DNA of 63,167 nt, filler included, from Folioceros fuciformis (Eukaryota), in assembly GCA_049999805.1 (NCBI GenBank). It is 5 parts of 4 records of this genome, joined end to end, with 100 filler letters (N's around TTAATTAATTAA, not from the genome) between each part and the next. Parts side by side here need not be neighbours in the genome. Positions count along the whole stretch, not along the records: positions 1 to 12,542 come from JBNGIO010005871.1; positions 12,643 to 32,048 come from JBNGIO010005871.1; 3 more parts are not named here. One strand, given 5' to 3'. The translations under genes and the position numbers were made by a program. This document shows, piece after piece, positions 1-13,322 of this stretch (its first letter is position 1; each line of letters starts with the position of its first letter). The notes under the pieces are model-generated. The model worked only from the letters and a program-made list of their open reading frames with translations, was not told where the DNA came from and did not search any database.

Positions 1-2116
1 GTCCCAAAAGCTTGTATAAGGAGTCAAGTGTCCAGGGGTATTTTCAAAGTGGAGCGCAACCACAGCTGAAGCAACGTCGGGGAACGAACTCGGCAGACAA
101 GGAGTGGATGTACAGGCAAAGTGCAGCGAACAAAGAGGGAGTGCGGACGTAGCGATTCCCTAACAGGCTCGAGGAAGTGCAAGCCTGTGAGATGCATGAA
201 CTAGTAGCATTAGATGGAACACTATGTAGGTCCTCTCAAGTTTCAAGGTTCTGGAAGAGCATGCATGGGAACCCACCCTTAGCATTTTTTTTAGTCTTAG
301 GGAGTCTTCTTCTCTATGAGCTTTAAGTTCTAGCCATTAGGTACTCCTTCACTTGCTCAAAGAGTCTCATATACTATTCCACATTTTTCCACAACCTTTT
401 TGGAATGAGCACAAGGATATTCCTTGTCACTCGCAATATGCTTGAATATAACTTGTTATTATATCTATGTCTTTGTTGAACAAGCTAGTAACTTTTGAAG
501 CTTTCACTCCATCCTTTGTAGAGATAATTTGTCCTCGTTAGATGAGGTCATCTAGCAAAGGAATCGTAATTGTAAACCGATTACTAGGAAGCAAGGATAT
601 GTCACACAAGATAAGCACTTGAGAAATTCTTTAACAAATAAGGTAAAAAATATTATTCTTACATATAGGTGCAACGAATATAAGGAGATAGATTAGTAGC
701 TCTTAAGTTAATTCAAAGCAAAAGCATACTCACGCCACACGACAACATTGATCTACTACATAATGTTTTTACCAGAATTATCACTAATAATGTTTAATTA
801 TAATTAATCAAAACTTAGCTAACCTAAAATATAAGGATCAATTATTATAAAATAATTATTCAAAGATAACTAATTTTTATCTATTTTAAGGCTTAGATTA
901 GTGTCATACCACATGACATATGTTATCAGCTCTAGGGAGATATTCTTTCACTTCTTTCTTCAATAGCCTGGTCACCTTTGGTGATTTTTTCTATGTATGG
1001 TGTCTTCAACTTTTTGTTTGTAATAAATAAGATTGTATAATGCTGAAATAGGTAGTTTTTGAGAATGATATTCCAAGGGGCTAATACTTTTTGGCTTTTG
1101 GTCTTTGTGCAGTTTTCCTCCAATCTTTCCAATAGATGGGACTTTTCATAATATTTTTTAATAATAAAAAAATACATTAAAAACTGCTTAGGTTAATAAC
1201 ACCCTGTTAGGGACACGAGAGGTTTTAATGGAGAAGAAAAAAATGATATTAGTTTCTCATACATTATATCATGCTTGTGGGCCTCGACCGATCGTCAAGC
1301 CGTAGACAGGACGTGCTTGGTTCAACCCTGTTTCATGCAGTTTCTCACACACGACATCATCTATGGCCCACTACGACTATTTGCTCGATCGGTAACGGTG
1401 CCAGTAAATGGGTCCATAAGTTTGGTATGAAACCCGGTTACCATAAAAGCAATCCTTTGTGCCGGAGGACAAGCTCGTGTATGCACCTCTTCTGCCTAGC
1501 ATCCAGCTCTGGTTGTCTCATGAAGTTCTCAATTTGTCAAAGGAAAGTGATCCTCTCTAGCCTTTCTTCCAGTAGCATGTGGATCTAGCACTTAGAAGCT
1601 GAAATCATTCCAATCATATTGTGATGCCGATTCTGAGATCGTGTCGAACATATTTTGGAGATGTGCGATGGTAAGGCTACTCCCTTTGTGTCCTCTTAAA
1701 ATTCTTATCTTCACTACAGGCACGTGGGATTTCTCCGATCTTCATTCTACGGTTAGGTCTCCAGTTCCACCAGCTATCAGCACCAATCCCTTTCACTTTC
1801 TCAGTAGTGAACAGACCATGTGTATGTATGTATCCCATAGCCTGGAGCCTTGACATGGTTCCATCGGGTGGCCCCAGCTTATCTTGCAGGTTCCTGTATG
1901 CTTGAAGCTGGTAAAGAAGTGCAGTGGCAGTACAGACGAACCTGCAAGAACGCCAGTGGTTGCTCAAGCCGAGGTGGAAGTTCATACGTTTGGCTTCCCG
2001 TCTGTGCACTGGAGATTACACAGTTGCATGTCCTGGAACGCGTATGCCTGAAGACTTTTGGGTCTTCTAGTGAAGCCTGTAGCCAGGGCTGAACGGGAGT
2101 GGAACTGTTGGTCGTC

Positions 2117-5100
2117 ATGGCGAAGGTGTGGCTTGAAGTGGGGAGTGATGGCGTCGGGGTTATCACTTTTGAAAACCCACCTGTGAATGCACTAACTGTA
2201 GCTGGTCAGTGGATTCAGCTCAACTCCTGCAAATAAAGTGTGACCTGGTGTTGTGTCGCCGGGTCGGTTCACGAAACATTCTCTTTTTCAGACGTGTTTG
2301 TGAACTTGTGCAGTCTGGAATGGGTTGTACTTGCGCTACAAAGAGGCCTACGAGAGTGAGGATGTCAAAGCCATCGTTCTCACTGGTCAGATTCCTAGCA
2401 GATGTACAAGACACATGGTTTTCCTAATTTTACAATTTTTTTGCGGTCACTTGCTGCTGGAATACACTCTCTTGTTGAACACGATGTGGATTTGAAGGTG
2501 GGGGCGGCAAGTTTTGTGGCGGAGCCGACGTTTCTGATTTCAAGAGTGTTTTTGAGCCAAGTAAGGAGACCGAGCTTCGACTGCATAGCCCAATTCTCTG
2601 CCAACTAGCATTTGTGTTCCTTCCAACATGTGGTTGAAATCTTTTGCAGGGCGGGATAATTTGGTTCCTATGGTCAGGCGTGACTTGACGGATAAGTTCC
2701 TGGAAGGTTGGTCGTGGCTGCCATCTCCATTTCCCTGTGCAGTGTCTGTGCTATTTTCCTTCCCTGTAGGCCTGATTTTTCTAGTGTTTGAGCAGACGGG
2801 CCTAAGCCTAGTGTTGCTGCCATCGAGACCTTTGCGTTGGGTGGAGGCTTGGAGGTTGCCATGGTACTTCTGTGTAACTGAGTTCCTGCTCACAAGGCGA
2901 TTTGTCTACTGTTTCTGATTATCGGCACCGTGCATCAGAGGCAGACATCCTGACCTGATACTGGTGTAACAGATTTGCCATGCAAGAATAGCTGTTCCAA
3001 AAGCAACCTTGAGCCTGCCAGAGCTACAACTGGGAATCATCCCAGGACTTGGTGGTAATGTCACACTTGAATTTAAAGTGGAAGGAGTAGAACTTGAGGT
3101 TCCAGAAAATTGATGTCCAAATCTGTTGCAAAGGTTCTGAGGCTGTAGGTTCCTTTGGTGAAGGTACTCAGCGACTGCCACGGTTAGTAGGAGTGAGGAA
3201 AGCTTTGGAGATGATGCTGGTATATTAGCTTATTTCTCCACACCTAACATTTTCTACCAGTATTTCTGGAATTCGCCGACATGTGGGCAGTGGCTTGTGA
3301 TTAAGATTGACAAAGCATGGAACATGTAGGCATCAAAGCCAGTCTCGTCAGAGGAGGCAAAGGAGTTAGGACTTGTGGACGAAATTGCACCGTCTGAAGA
3401 GCTACTCAAGGTTGCTCGCAACTGGGCTCTGGACATAGCCCAACGAAAGCGAATCTGGCAGGTATCTCTGTTGAAGGTGGATCGGATAGGGCCCATTGAA
3501 GAGGCTTTGCACGCAGTTCGGGAGGCTAGATCTAAAGCTCAGAAGACACTGCGAAATGTGGTCCACCCTTTCAAGTGTTTAGATGCGATTGAGGAAGGAT
3601 TGCGCAGAGGTGGTTCAGCAGGAACTGCTATGGTCAGTAGGCCAGTGTTTGAAAGTATCATGAGATCAATACCATGCCTTGAGCTAAGGTTTGAATTGTC
3701 TATGGCAGGAAGCAACGTTAGCCAAAGAGTTGATGCAGACTTTGCAATCCAAAGCCCTTGTTCATGTCTTCTTTGCACAACGTGCATCTAGTAAGGTGAA
3801 CGGTCAAGCTTTCAAATGGTTCCCACGATGGTTTTGACTCTTTACTAAACTTTTTCCCGATTTAGATTCCTGGCATCTCAGATCAGCAACTGAAGCCCCG
3901 GCTCATCAGAACGGTTGCTGTAGTGGGCGGTGGCTTGATGGGTTCAGGAATTGCAACTTCTCTGATACTGAGTGGAATCTCAGTTTATCTGAAAGAAGTC
4001 AACAGCACATGCCTACAGGCTGGCACTGATCGCATTGCAGGTATGCATGTAGCATGTCGTCATAATGGAGTGATGGAATTGATATTTTGTGAGCGTTTTG
4101 CATGTCCTGTGCAGAAAATCTAAGAAGACGTTTGTCGAGAAGTCATACACGACAGGAGTTGTTGGAAGTAAAGTTACAGGAGACCCTCAATCTTGTGAAA
4201 GGCACTCTCGACTACAACGACTTCCGAACTGTTGATCTTGTGATAGAAGTACGTGGACTCAAGGTTGTTAATGACTTGCGTTATCAGTTAGCATTGGTGA
4301 CTAATTCTGTTTTCTAGCACAAAAGGCTGTGGTAGAAAACGTTCGTCTCAAGCAAGAAATATTCTATAATCTGGAGAAGTATTGCAGCCCTCAGTGCATA
4401 CTCGCATCAAATACTTCAACAGTTGACCTACGTGTTGTTGGAGCAAGGACTAATGCCCAGCATCGTATTGTTGGGCTACACTACTTCAGGTATGACTGGA
4501 CAATGGATGTAAAAGTTTTTCCAGTTTATTTCTGGGACTGGACTTAAATTTAGTTTGTGGGATACTTACATCTTTGTGCTCATGTGGTGCAGTCCAGCCC
4601 ATGTGATGCCCCTGTTGGAAATAGTCCGCACCGAACATACATCGGCTCAAGTTCTCGTTGACTTATTAACGCTAGCAAAAATTACCAACAAAGTTTCTGT
4701 CGTTGTAAAAAGCTCAGTAGGCTTTGCAGTGAACAGAGTATTCTTCCCTTATAAAATGGCGGCCGTCTTCCTAGCAGTTGCAGGAGTGGATCCGAGTGGA
4801 TTGGACAGGGTTATGGAAGACTTTGGCATGCCCATGGGTCCTTTCAGGTCGTTGCCTGCACTTTCAGTTTCTTTGAATTGACCTTTGTTGTCTGGAGTTG
4901 GTCGTGAGGAGATTCCACACAGTAACCAGATCACATTTGAGAGTTTGCAGACTATCGGACCTTACGGGAATAGAAGTGACTGCCGCAGTTACCCAAGTAT
5001 GGTGTCAAGCGTTTCCAGATCGAACATATAGAACAAGCTTTTGGGATTCTCTCGTCAAGGCTAAACGATTGGGTGAGTGCACAGTTCAAGAACGGCATTC

Positions 5101-5881
5101 TAGCTATCTTCGCACAAGTTGAGGTCTATCGACATCTGCTCTCACGTATACTTTCAAAAGCAGGGGAAAAAGTTGGTAGAGGAACGTATGACTATAAGCC
5201 AGGAAGCAGAGTACCTTCACCAAGTATTGAGACGGAGAACATCCTCCAACAGTTGAGGCGATCTTCATGTGTCAAGCAGGTATGTCAATGTTCCGGTTGC
5301 CAGCCAGCGGCTGCTGCCAGTGTCTAGTAGCAGAAGGGTGCAAAAAAGCTGACTGCATTCCTGTGGCTGGTTGCAACAGGGGACAAGTTGGACAGCTGAA
5401 GAGATGGTGGAAATGATCTTGTTTCCTGTTGTCAATGAAGCATGTCGAATCCTTGAGGAAGGGGTGGTGATAAGTGCATCAGATTTGGATCTTGCATCGG
5501 TCCTGGGAATGGGCTTCCCGAAGTACAGGTAGACAAGTTTGTCGTTGGGCCTGAGAGCTGTGTCGTTAGGCGCCCTCTGCTTCTGAACGCTTCTATGTCA
5601 TGCAGAGGTGGCGTCGTCTTCTGGGCTGACGTTGTTGGTCCGGGGTACATCTGTTCACGGTTGGCACACTGGTCGAGTTTGTATGGAGAGTTTTTTAAGC
5701 CCTCGTCTGCTTTAGAAAGGGTGGCGGCGCAGAAGCGTCAAGTCGTAAGTGGAAAAACCCAAGACCATTTGTTCTTAAGAGCTGGCTGAACATGTTTCGA
5801 CGGGAGTCCAATTCAAACCATACTAAAGATGGATGCTGTGGGCAGGCTGACATCCCAACTATACTGGCGGCTAGGTTATGA
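2117..5881 (+). CDS. Peroxisomal fatty-acid beta-oxidation multifunctional protein (AIM1/MFP2 family), multi-exon
   Basis: Starts [26 protein letters not shown] (hydratase N-terminus). Exon peptides include [15 protein letters not shown] (NAD-binding), [36 protein letters not shown] and FGMPMGPF. The last exon (5846-5881) ends ...ILAARL*, a PTS1 tripeptide. Many short GT-AG introns. Confidence 0.93.
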
Positions 5882-8800
5882 GGGTTCAATTCCCGAGACC
5901 AATCCCCTCATGGCCCAAGAAAGTTGTACCTGGCAGAGCAGGAGGATGGACGTTTTGAAACTGTAGGGAGCCCGCAGCGAAAGTCAAAGATGGGGAGTTC
6001 ACCGAGGAGCGTGAAGGACTATCTTTGCAAAGTGATAGGAACCACTCTGTGGATGTTTTGTACCCGACCATTGTGAACTAGCACTTACATATAGCACAGA
6101 TTCACGTCACAAATTGAGTACAGAAACGCTGAACACAAATAGTGCAACCAATACTAATTAACCCAACACCATCAAAGTTTGATATGTCTCCTGGAAAAGT
6201 AGGCCCGCAATCTTCATTGCATTGAGAAAATCTCCTACTGGCATCTTCTTCGAGAAAAGAAGATGGAATTATAGCAGGGAAGGCCCCTCTTTTATCTCCT
6301 GGGAAGTAAGACTGTTAACTACAGTCTTGCTCATGGAACTTGACAACTGACAATGTAAGACATCACCCTCATCCCTCTCGCTCTTGCTTTCCGTGTTGTT
6401 TTCCTCATCTGCTCCAAGTTCTTGTGATAGCTTGAATCCTTCATCCGCGTAAATACAGTTCTCGCATATCTCACCAAATTTGACAAATGCCAAACCCGGT
6501 TCATGTGGTCTCTCCTTTCGGAACCGGGGACTGTATCCTTCGAAGCATTCAGGCATCACGTCCTGAGAGACAGCCAGAGCAGAGGATTTGGTGTTACTGG
6601 CACAGTCAGGACTGAAAGACTTGCTTCCTGCATCAGACCATGACACGTATGTACGTATGAACTGTCAAGGTTACGATCATTGCCTCCGTCTCCTTCGATG
6701 CAGCCCTCGTGTCAGAAATCCGCTGAAGGGTATGTGTCTCACGATAGAAGTCCAGGTGCGCACAACCACCCTTGGCAACCTTATTGCGTGCTTGCACTTG
6801 CCATAGCATTTGTGTAGTAAAATGGCGAGCAGGAGGGTGATGAGCATCACCTGCAGCAAGCCACCAAAAATTTTGTTAAGCATCTTCTCGACAGCATCTA
6901 GGTTGTTGAAATTCTTGAGATTAACGGTGCACAAAACACAAAAGGTACTGCTTTGCGAGCAGGGTTGGGCCAGGTTCACCCAGCAAGCTCTAGGCAGCCT
7001 AACTGGTTTCGAGAGGCTTGGTGATGCAATCCGATGCCTCACCCCACACCCCAATTTTGCCCTCTGCCAGATTTGGTGATTTGCTGTTCAATGATACACT
7101 TTCCGAAACATGACGTACTCTGTCCATCTAAACCTTGCCTGTCAGCTGTCTGCACTGACCTTGATTGGAGACGCAAGACGAATCTCACGCACTGCGGCAT
7201 GGCCGTGGTGGTATATATCCCTGTACGTCCCAACGACCATGGAACTCACCCAGTTACCATGAATCTTGCACCACCACATTATGGAGCTCGGCGGTGGGTG
7301 GGCGAAAAACCATGGATTTAAGTAGCTGTTTACTAGGAGATCACGCCTATCTTCTCTTCAGATCATAAAGCAAATTGGGGCAACCAGGTGCCTCGTAGGC
7401 GAGGGAGCTTTGCTAACTCGTGGCTTGGCTGTTTCTACGGGTTACATCGCTGGACTTGAAGACGGGTCATACCTGTACCTTGACCAAGCATGTGCAGCCG
7501 CCTGGAGGTTGGGTGGGAAATTCCTGTTGTAGGTGATGAGTTGAGCGATTACAGTACCTGCATATACTGGCCCCATGGTCCGCTGAAAATGTTGAAGGGA
7601 TTGACGATGTGCACCGCCCAGGGATGGGCTCGAGTGAAGCGCTTCAGCCCGGTAGTGACGTGGTGGACATATGCATGGCACCAGCCTGTTTTCCTTTTGA
7701 AAAAAGACATATTCCAACGCTGTAGACGGCAGCGCTCAAAGTTCTGCTCCTCGAAAGGATGTGGAGCCTTCGGGTGACAGCTGCTGGTGCTGGCTCATCT
7801 TCCGGGTTAAACACAAAACCATACTTTCTGTTGCATGTCTGAAGCCATCTGCTGTAATGGTCAGACGTCGACGGGAGGATGGAATATATTGGAAGTCTTC
7901 GACCAAACAATCTTGCGCCTCTCGATGGATCTTCTCTACGCCATCAACTTCGTAACGCGGCTACATCCAGCGAACCACAGAACAGGCGCGAAGACGCAGA
8001 TGGCGAGCGAGAGATACAAAGGAAGCGTGGTGTGCCTGGAGGCGCGAGAGATAGCGAACGGCGGTTAGTGTCCGGTACCCCAGCGGACACCTTCGGTGTC
8101 CGTGTCCTGGGAAGGAGATCCCCTCGGCAGCGCGGTGAAGTCTTTTCCTCCTAAAAAAAAAATACTATCTTTTACCCTGTGTAATTTCCGTGAACCGCTA
8201 CATTGTGTCTCTCCAAACCACCTACCCTGCGTACCGCAGTGGAAGAGTCCGGGCCTAGGATCTCCTTCTCCAGACTTCGGGGAGCCCTAGACCTTCGGCC
8301 TTCCAACGGCTTCTATGGAAGCCGTTAGTCTCGGACCTTGACAGCGTGCTTGTCCGTGCTGAAGCCCCTAGGGTCATCCCACAGCTTTTTCTACTTCCCC
8401 GACATAAACAGGAATCTGGAACGGAAAAGGCTTTGCAAGGGTGGCTGCGTGATACCGGAGCTCTAGATGCATATCTCACATTGCAGGTTGTCTTCGAGAT
8501 GGCAAAGCTCCGAAACCGCTACGTGAGCCTGCTACTTCATTCACCTGAAGGCACACGAGCCCTTTTACTTCTTCACTGTCAGCGGACCCAGCCCTCTCCC
8601 TCCCTCAACTTCACCAGACCGAGCCCTCTCTTTTCTTCACCTTCATCTGACGGAGCCCTTTCCCTTCTTCACCTTCATCTGACCAAGGAGATCTCTCCCT
8701 TTTAAGTTTCCTTACCCAAGTGAGCCCTCTCCTTGCCATGACAATTGGTCGTGAGGATAGTACCTACTCTTATAAGCATCTGACCGAAGTTCACTCCTTG

Positions 8801-9082
8801 GCCTGTGACAAGCTACTGTTCAACCGCACGGAGTTTGAACATTCACGGTTTCTTGTTGCCTGCTTCCCTGTCCGCGCGAGCTTCCAACATGATCGTCTCC
8901 AAGGTACATAACTTGATGGACTCCTGATTCTTCCCTTCACAAGAGAATTCGACGGGACGGGTTTCTTTCTGCTACAGAGGAAGCAGCAGCAGGAGGAACG
9001 CAAACCAGAAATCGCGATGAAACCACCGGATCGTATCTGAATGTGCCACCTGATTTTCACAAGGCGGCAGGAAGCCTGCGTG

Positions 9083-10240
9083 CTACACCTGAGAAGCCAG
9101 CCGTGGTTCAAAAGGCAAGAGCATTCTCCTGCGCGGATCCGCAATACCGAAATCCCAAGCACACCAAGTCTGCCGCCTCGTGTCGTAAGTAAGCGTGTGC
9201 TGCGACATGGCTGAATTATTGATCCTTTCAATGCAGAGGCAGATGAAGCCACCAAGACCTGCTACCTTTGTGAGAACCGGTAGCTTGCAGCAACCTTTGA
9301 GTTTCGTGTAGTGCTTGGAGGGGCAGGCGGAGACATGCTCCCAAGCAGATTTTTCCTCATCTAGCCTCCAGATGGAGATTCCTGAAAAAAGTTCCAGGAA
9401 AGAGACGAGGTACAGAGACCCATCCTGCTCCAAAAGCTTGCGGAATAGAGCAGTTGGTGGATTGGCAATGGCTACCTCCCGCTCCATCCTGATGGAAAAT
9501 GAGTCCAGAATCTTCTCCGAAGGTAAGAGCCTCAAAGCGTGAATCACTCCTCTGCACAACACGGGCTCACAATTCGTACATGCGCTAGCTGATCTCCATT
9601 CCAGCCTCTTCCACCTGCGCACTGTGGAGTGGTAGACGAACACGAAGCAACTCCCTGCCAGAGTCTTGGCTAGTAGGACAATCTCGTACTGGTGTGCGCT
9701 TGTATCCACTTGCAAGAAAGCACGGTACAAGACCTCGAACTGGTCGAACCTGAGCGGAGGCAAGTCCCTCCACGTCTTTGACAACGGGTTGCAGATCCCT
9801 AAGCATGCCTCACCATACGAATGCTTTCGCTTGCTGAAGCACAGCAGGCCCTTGTCTGCCGCCCACAGGTCCAGATTGTCAACTGGTAGGAAAGACGGAT
9901 CAAATCTGTGTGGCCTGAGACAGGACTGGGGCAACCGCAACACAGACTCTCCACCAGCCAGTCCAGACTCGAAGCCGAAGCCACAGAAGCAAGGAGGAGG
10001 ATAAATATCGGCAACACCGTTTTCAGACAGCAAACTCAGATCGGACAACAGACAACGCCACTTCTTGCACACTGCCATGAATCTCAGGTGGCTCATACAC
10101 GGCAATTTCATCAGCACAGCAATTAAAAGGTCTTCTGGCAACCTGCTCCATATTTCCCCTTCCATTCGCTCTCCTCCCGCTTGTGATGCACCTGCAAGCT
10201 GATCGTCCACGAAGAGATACAGTGATTCCTTCATCGCCAT
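9083..10240 (-). CDS. Intronless F-box protein with F-box-associated/kelch-like C-terminal region
   Basis: 385-aa ORF with F-box motif WSRLPEDLLIAVLMKLPCMSHLRFMAVCKKWRCLL, followed by ADKGLLCF...ICNPLSKTWRDLPP. The true start could be the later MEGEIW. Confidence 0.88.
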   Translation of the reverse strand: MAMKESLYLFVDDQLAGASQAGGERMEGEIWSRLPEDLLIAVLMKLPCMSHLRFMAVCKKWRCLLSDLSLLSENGVADIYPPPCFCGFGFESGLAGGESVLRLPQSCLRPHRFDPSFLPVDNLDLWAADKGLLCFSKRKHSYGEACLGICNPLSKTWRDLPPLRFDQFEVLYRAFLQVDTSAHQYEIVLLAKTLAGSCFVFVYHSTVRRWKRLEWRSASACTNCEPVLCRGVIHALRLLPSEKILDSFSIRMEREVAIANPPTALFRKLLEQDGSLYLVSFLELFSGISIWRLDEEKSAWEHVSACPSKHYTKLKGCCKLPVLTKVAGLGGFICLCIERINNSAMSQHTLTYDTRRQTWCAWDFGIADPRRRMLLPFEPRLASQV

Positions 10241-12046
10241 GCACGCTCCTGCAATCTCATGGGATTCGGAGAACTGAACAATAAAGGAGGCTGCAAGAGT
10301 TTTGGAGAGGGCACCTCATTAGCCCTAAATTCCCATCTTGAATGCCGAGATTTCAGAGACAGGTCCCTAATTTGTGGCTGTGCCTCCGCCTTTACTAATT
10401 TGAGAGGCGTGACAAGAGGGAGCTTGCATGGTACATACATACATTGTCAAAACGATTCCGTAATGCTTGGAATGATGTTCAATCGGCGTCATTGAGGCCT
10501 GACATGGGGCTTTCCACATGAGGAAAGTGTGTTCATGGAAGACAGCAAGTCTTCAAGCAGCTGTGCGACAAGACCATCGCAGCCCATGCCGAAGTGCAAC
10601 AAAACTGCAGTTTCAACAAGGTGAGGACCGTAAACGGCCCACAGTTTCGGGTTAGCTCACTGGTAGGTGAACTCTGGTGTCATGAAGAACAAGTTTTTGA
10701 AGCTCATACAGTACCAGGCGTCTTTAACTGTGTACTGGTTTAGTACCAAGTCTCATGACGGGAAAGCAGTCCTTAATGGACGCGAATAGAATTCTTCAAT
10801 CTTCGGATAGAAAGAGTTTTAGGAGAGCCCGAGTTTGTGGGCCTGTCGTAAAGTTCAAGCTGAAACTGGAACAAGCTCATGTATGGCATGGGTCCCCAAT
10901 CCCCGTGCCCTGTGTTGCACAAGAATGCTCGAGGACAAGTCCTCAAACTTGTAAGATCTGAGCTTCCAGAATAACAAGCTTTTGAAGGGCCACGCCAAAC
11001 AGGTGCCTTCCTCTTCTTCAAGAGTGCTACCTCATGGCAACGTAGTTCTGTCTCTTACGAATCAGACACACAAGCGCATGGCGGAGTTGCAGCAGTTTGA
11101 GCAAGTTCGTATAGAGGAGCTGGGCAAGATGGTTGCTCACGCATCTCATACAAAGAAGGACTCGAGACCTACACGGCACACTGGACATCCTGATATCGGC
11201 CAGCGATCGTAGGATGTATGCGAGCTACGATACAATCCAATAGACGTACCATTCTTCACGTACTCTCCAGAAGCCGCTGTGGTAGAGCACACCCTGGGGC
11301 ACCCTATTCCGGCTTACGATGCTCTCGTTAGGGCCAACAAGGATGAGGACAGTCTTGCACCTCCCTCACAGACACCTCCAGTCCCTGCTCCTCGGTTGCA
11401 CCCAAACACTTCAGCCTATGTACCTAGAGGCCCGCCATGACCACCTGTCAACTAGACTGACCAAATGATACTAGGAGGCGTGGGGAACAAGCCCTGTAGA
11501 TACCCTTTAGAATGGCAAACCCTAAGGATTACTGACGCGAACCCCTCTGTAACACTGTCAGGTTTTAGGCCGCGCCTTGAAGGCGCGGCCTAAAACCTTC
11601 CCTGAAAAAGGATGTCCAACCTCCTGTTGTTTTCATCTTCGTTTGAAGACGAGGCACTAAGCACAGCAAAGGGGCAGTGCAAGCTAGAGACTTCTCGTCC
11701 ACAACAATTCTGTCTTCTAGTTGGGTGCCGTAGCTGTTTTCCGCTGTGAAGGTGCTATACCATCGTCTGCTTGCAAATCACACTCCCAAGCACTGCTTTG
11801 AAGTATTCCTTTTGCTTGGAATGGTCACTTTGTGCTAGCTAGCATTTCGTGCTCTCTTTTGGAGATAGACTAGACTGGAGAGAACTCCCACCATATCCAG
11901 CAAGGCATTTGGGCCTCGGCACGTGGGGTGGTGGACGTGACTTGCGAAGCTGAAAAGTGGATGCAAGATACGTGCATTCCAGCTGGAGCTTCTTCCACCA
12001 TGTTGTCTAGGTCACTGTACACGATTTCAGCCCCAAATGGCGAGAG

Positions 12047-12542
12047 CTAGTAATATAAGTGGGGAGGCAAGCGGGGAGTAGCAACAGCCTGCAAAGCGAC
12101 GGTCTTGGGCATGGTCAATCCAAAAGTTTCCTTGATGTCCATGTGCTCAGGTGTTTCGCCCTGAGGCAGCTGCCAATCGAAGCTATGCAGTAGCTGGGCT
12201 ACAGCGTAATTCACATGGGTGAGGCCTAATTGGATGCCAGGACAACCTCTCCTGCCAGCTCCGAAAGGAATGAAGTCAAAATTCTGGCCAGATATGTCGA
12301 AATCCCTGCAGCACACCATCACACAAGTTCAGGACCACTCTTGTGAGACGACTCCTGCAGAGTATTGAGCAACTCGCTGGCAAAGGATTGGCTACATACC
12401 TTCCTACGAATCTCTCTGGATTGAATGCCGCAGGCCTCTCCCATACGGATTTGGCCTTTGCGATGCTCCAAACATTCACAAGCACCTGCATGCCAGCGGG
12501 GATGTCGTAGCCCGCAACTTGACAAGAATCGATGGCTGCATG
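12047..12542 (-). CDS. Cytochrome P450 (CYP71 clan), 3' part only; runs into an assembly gap
   Basis: AIDSCQVAGYDIPAGMQVLVNVWSI...AFNPERF, one intron, then heme motif [13 protein letters not shown] and a stop at 12047. Confidence 0.85.
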
Positions 12543-13322
12543 NNNNNNNNNNNNNNNNNNNNNNNNNNNNNNNNNNNNNNNNNNNNTTAATTAATTAANN
12601 NNNNNNNNNNNNNNNNNNNNNNNNNNNNNNNNNNNNNNNNNNTGTCTGTCGATCTGACTTCAGCCAAGAAACACATGACGTCCTGGAGCTAGCTCAAGAC
12701 GGAGTTGTGTGCTTTTTCTCTTGTCACCTCGACGCGAAGCATAGCTGCTGCTGTAATTATCCTGCACAATAGTAACGATGGTGCGCAAGCGAAACAGAGA
12801 TTTGAGCTGTCGAGGCCATCCACAAGAGGAGTCTTCACAGCAACGCAGTAATTCCTTTGTGCCTAGCGAAACACGAGCAGAGGAGGTGCCTGCAGATTGG
12901 CCAACAGAATCAGATAGGAACTTGGTGTGTTACCTCCTCCAAACAATGAAGAAATGTGAAGAGGCCGAGGAAGCGCTTAAGACTGCAAAGTTTCGAGTCA
13001 TGGATCTTCAGGACTGGATAGCCAAGTTTCCGCCAAGAGATCCAACGATGTTTCCATTGTTAGAGTCTGAGATAAAACACCTTCTGCAGGAACTGTCCAT
13101 GCTTGGATATGCTAGCAAAGTTGAAGGTGCCTCTGAAGCTGCCAACACGTAAGGTTTTCATCCTCTTAAGAAAAGTAAGTCTTTTGAGCCATTGTGATGA
13201 TACAGAGGGCAACTCAGGATTATATGTAAACAGGTTGCTTCATCCACTGAGTACCCTTGTTTGTGCTTTTGGTAGGATTCTTGGCTCAACGATCTGTCAC
13301 ATATGAGCCTTCCTACCAAGAC

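Noticed and set aside
1271-2009. Short ORFs upstream of the MFP gene
   Set aside because: No recognisable motif or consistent exon structure.
6269-8930. Multiple 60-125-aa ORFs on both strands
   Set aside because: May hide a gene or TE remnant, but I recognise no domain and cannot build a supported model.
12587-12598. ttaattaattaa inside N-runs (also near 32093, 55579 and 60907)
   Set aside because: Identical 12-mer with stops in all frames, centred in gaps: an assembly spacer, not biology.
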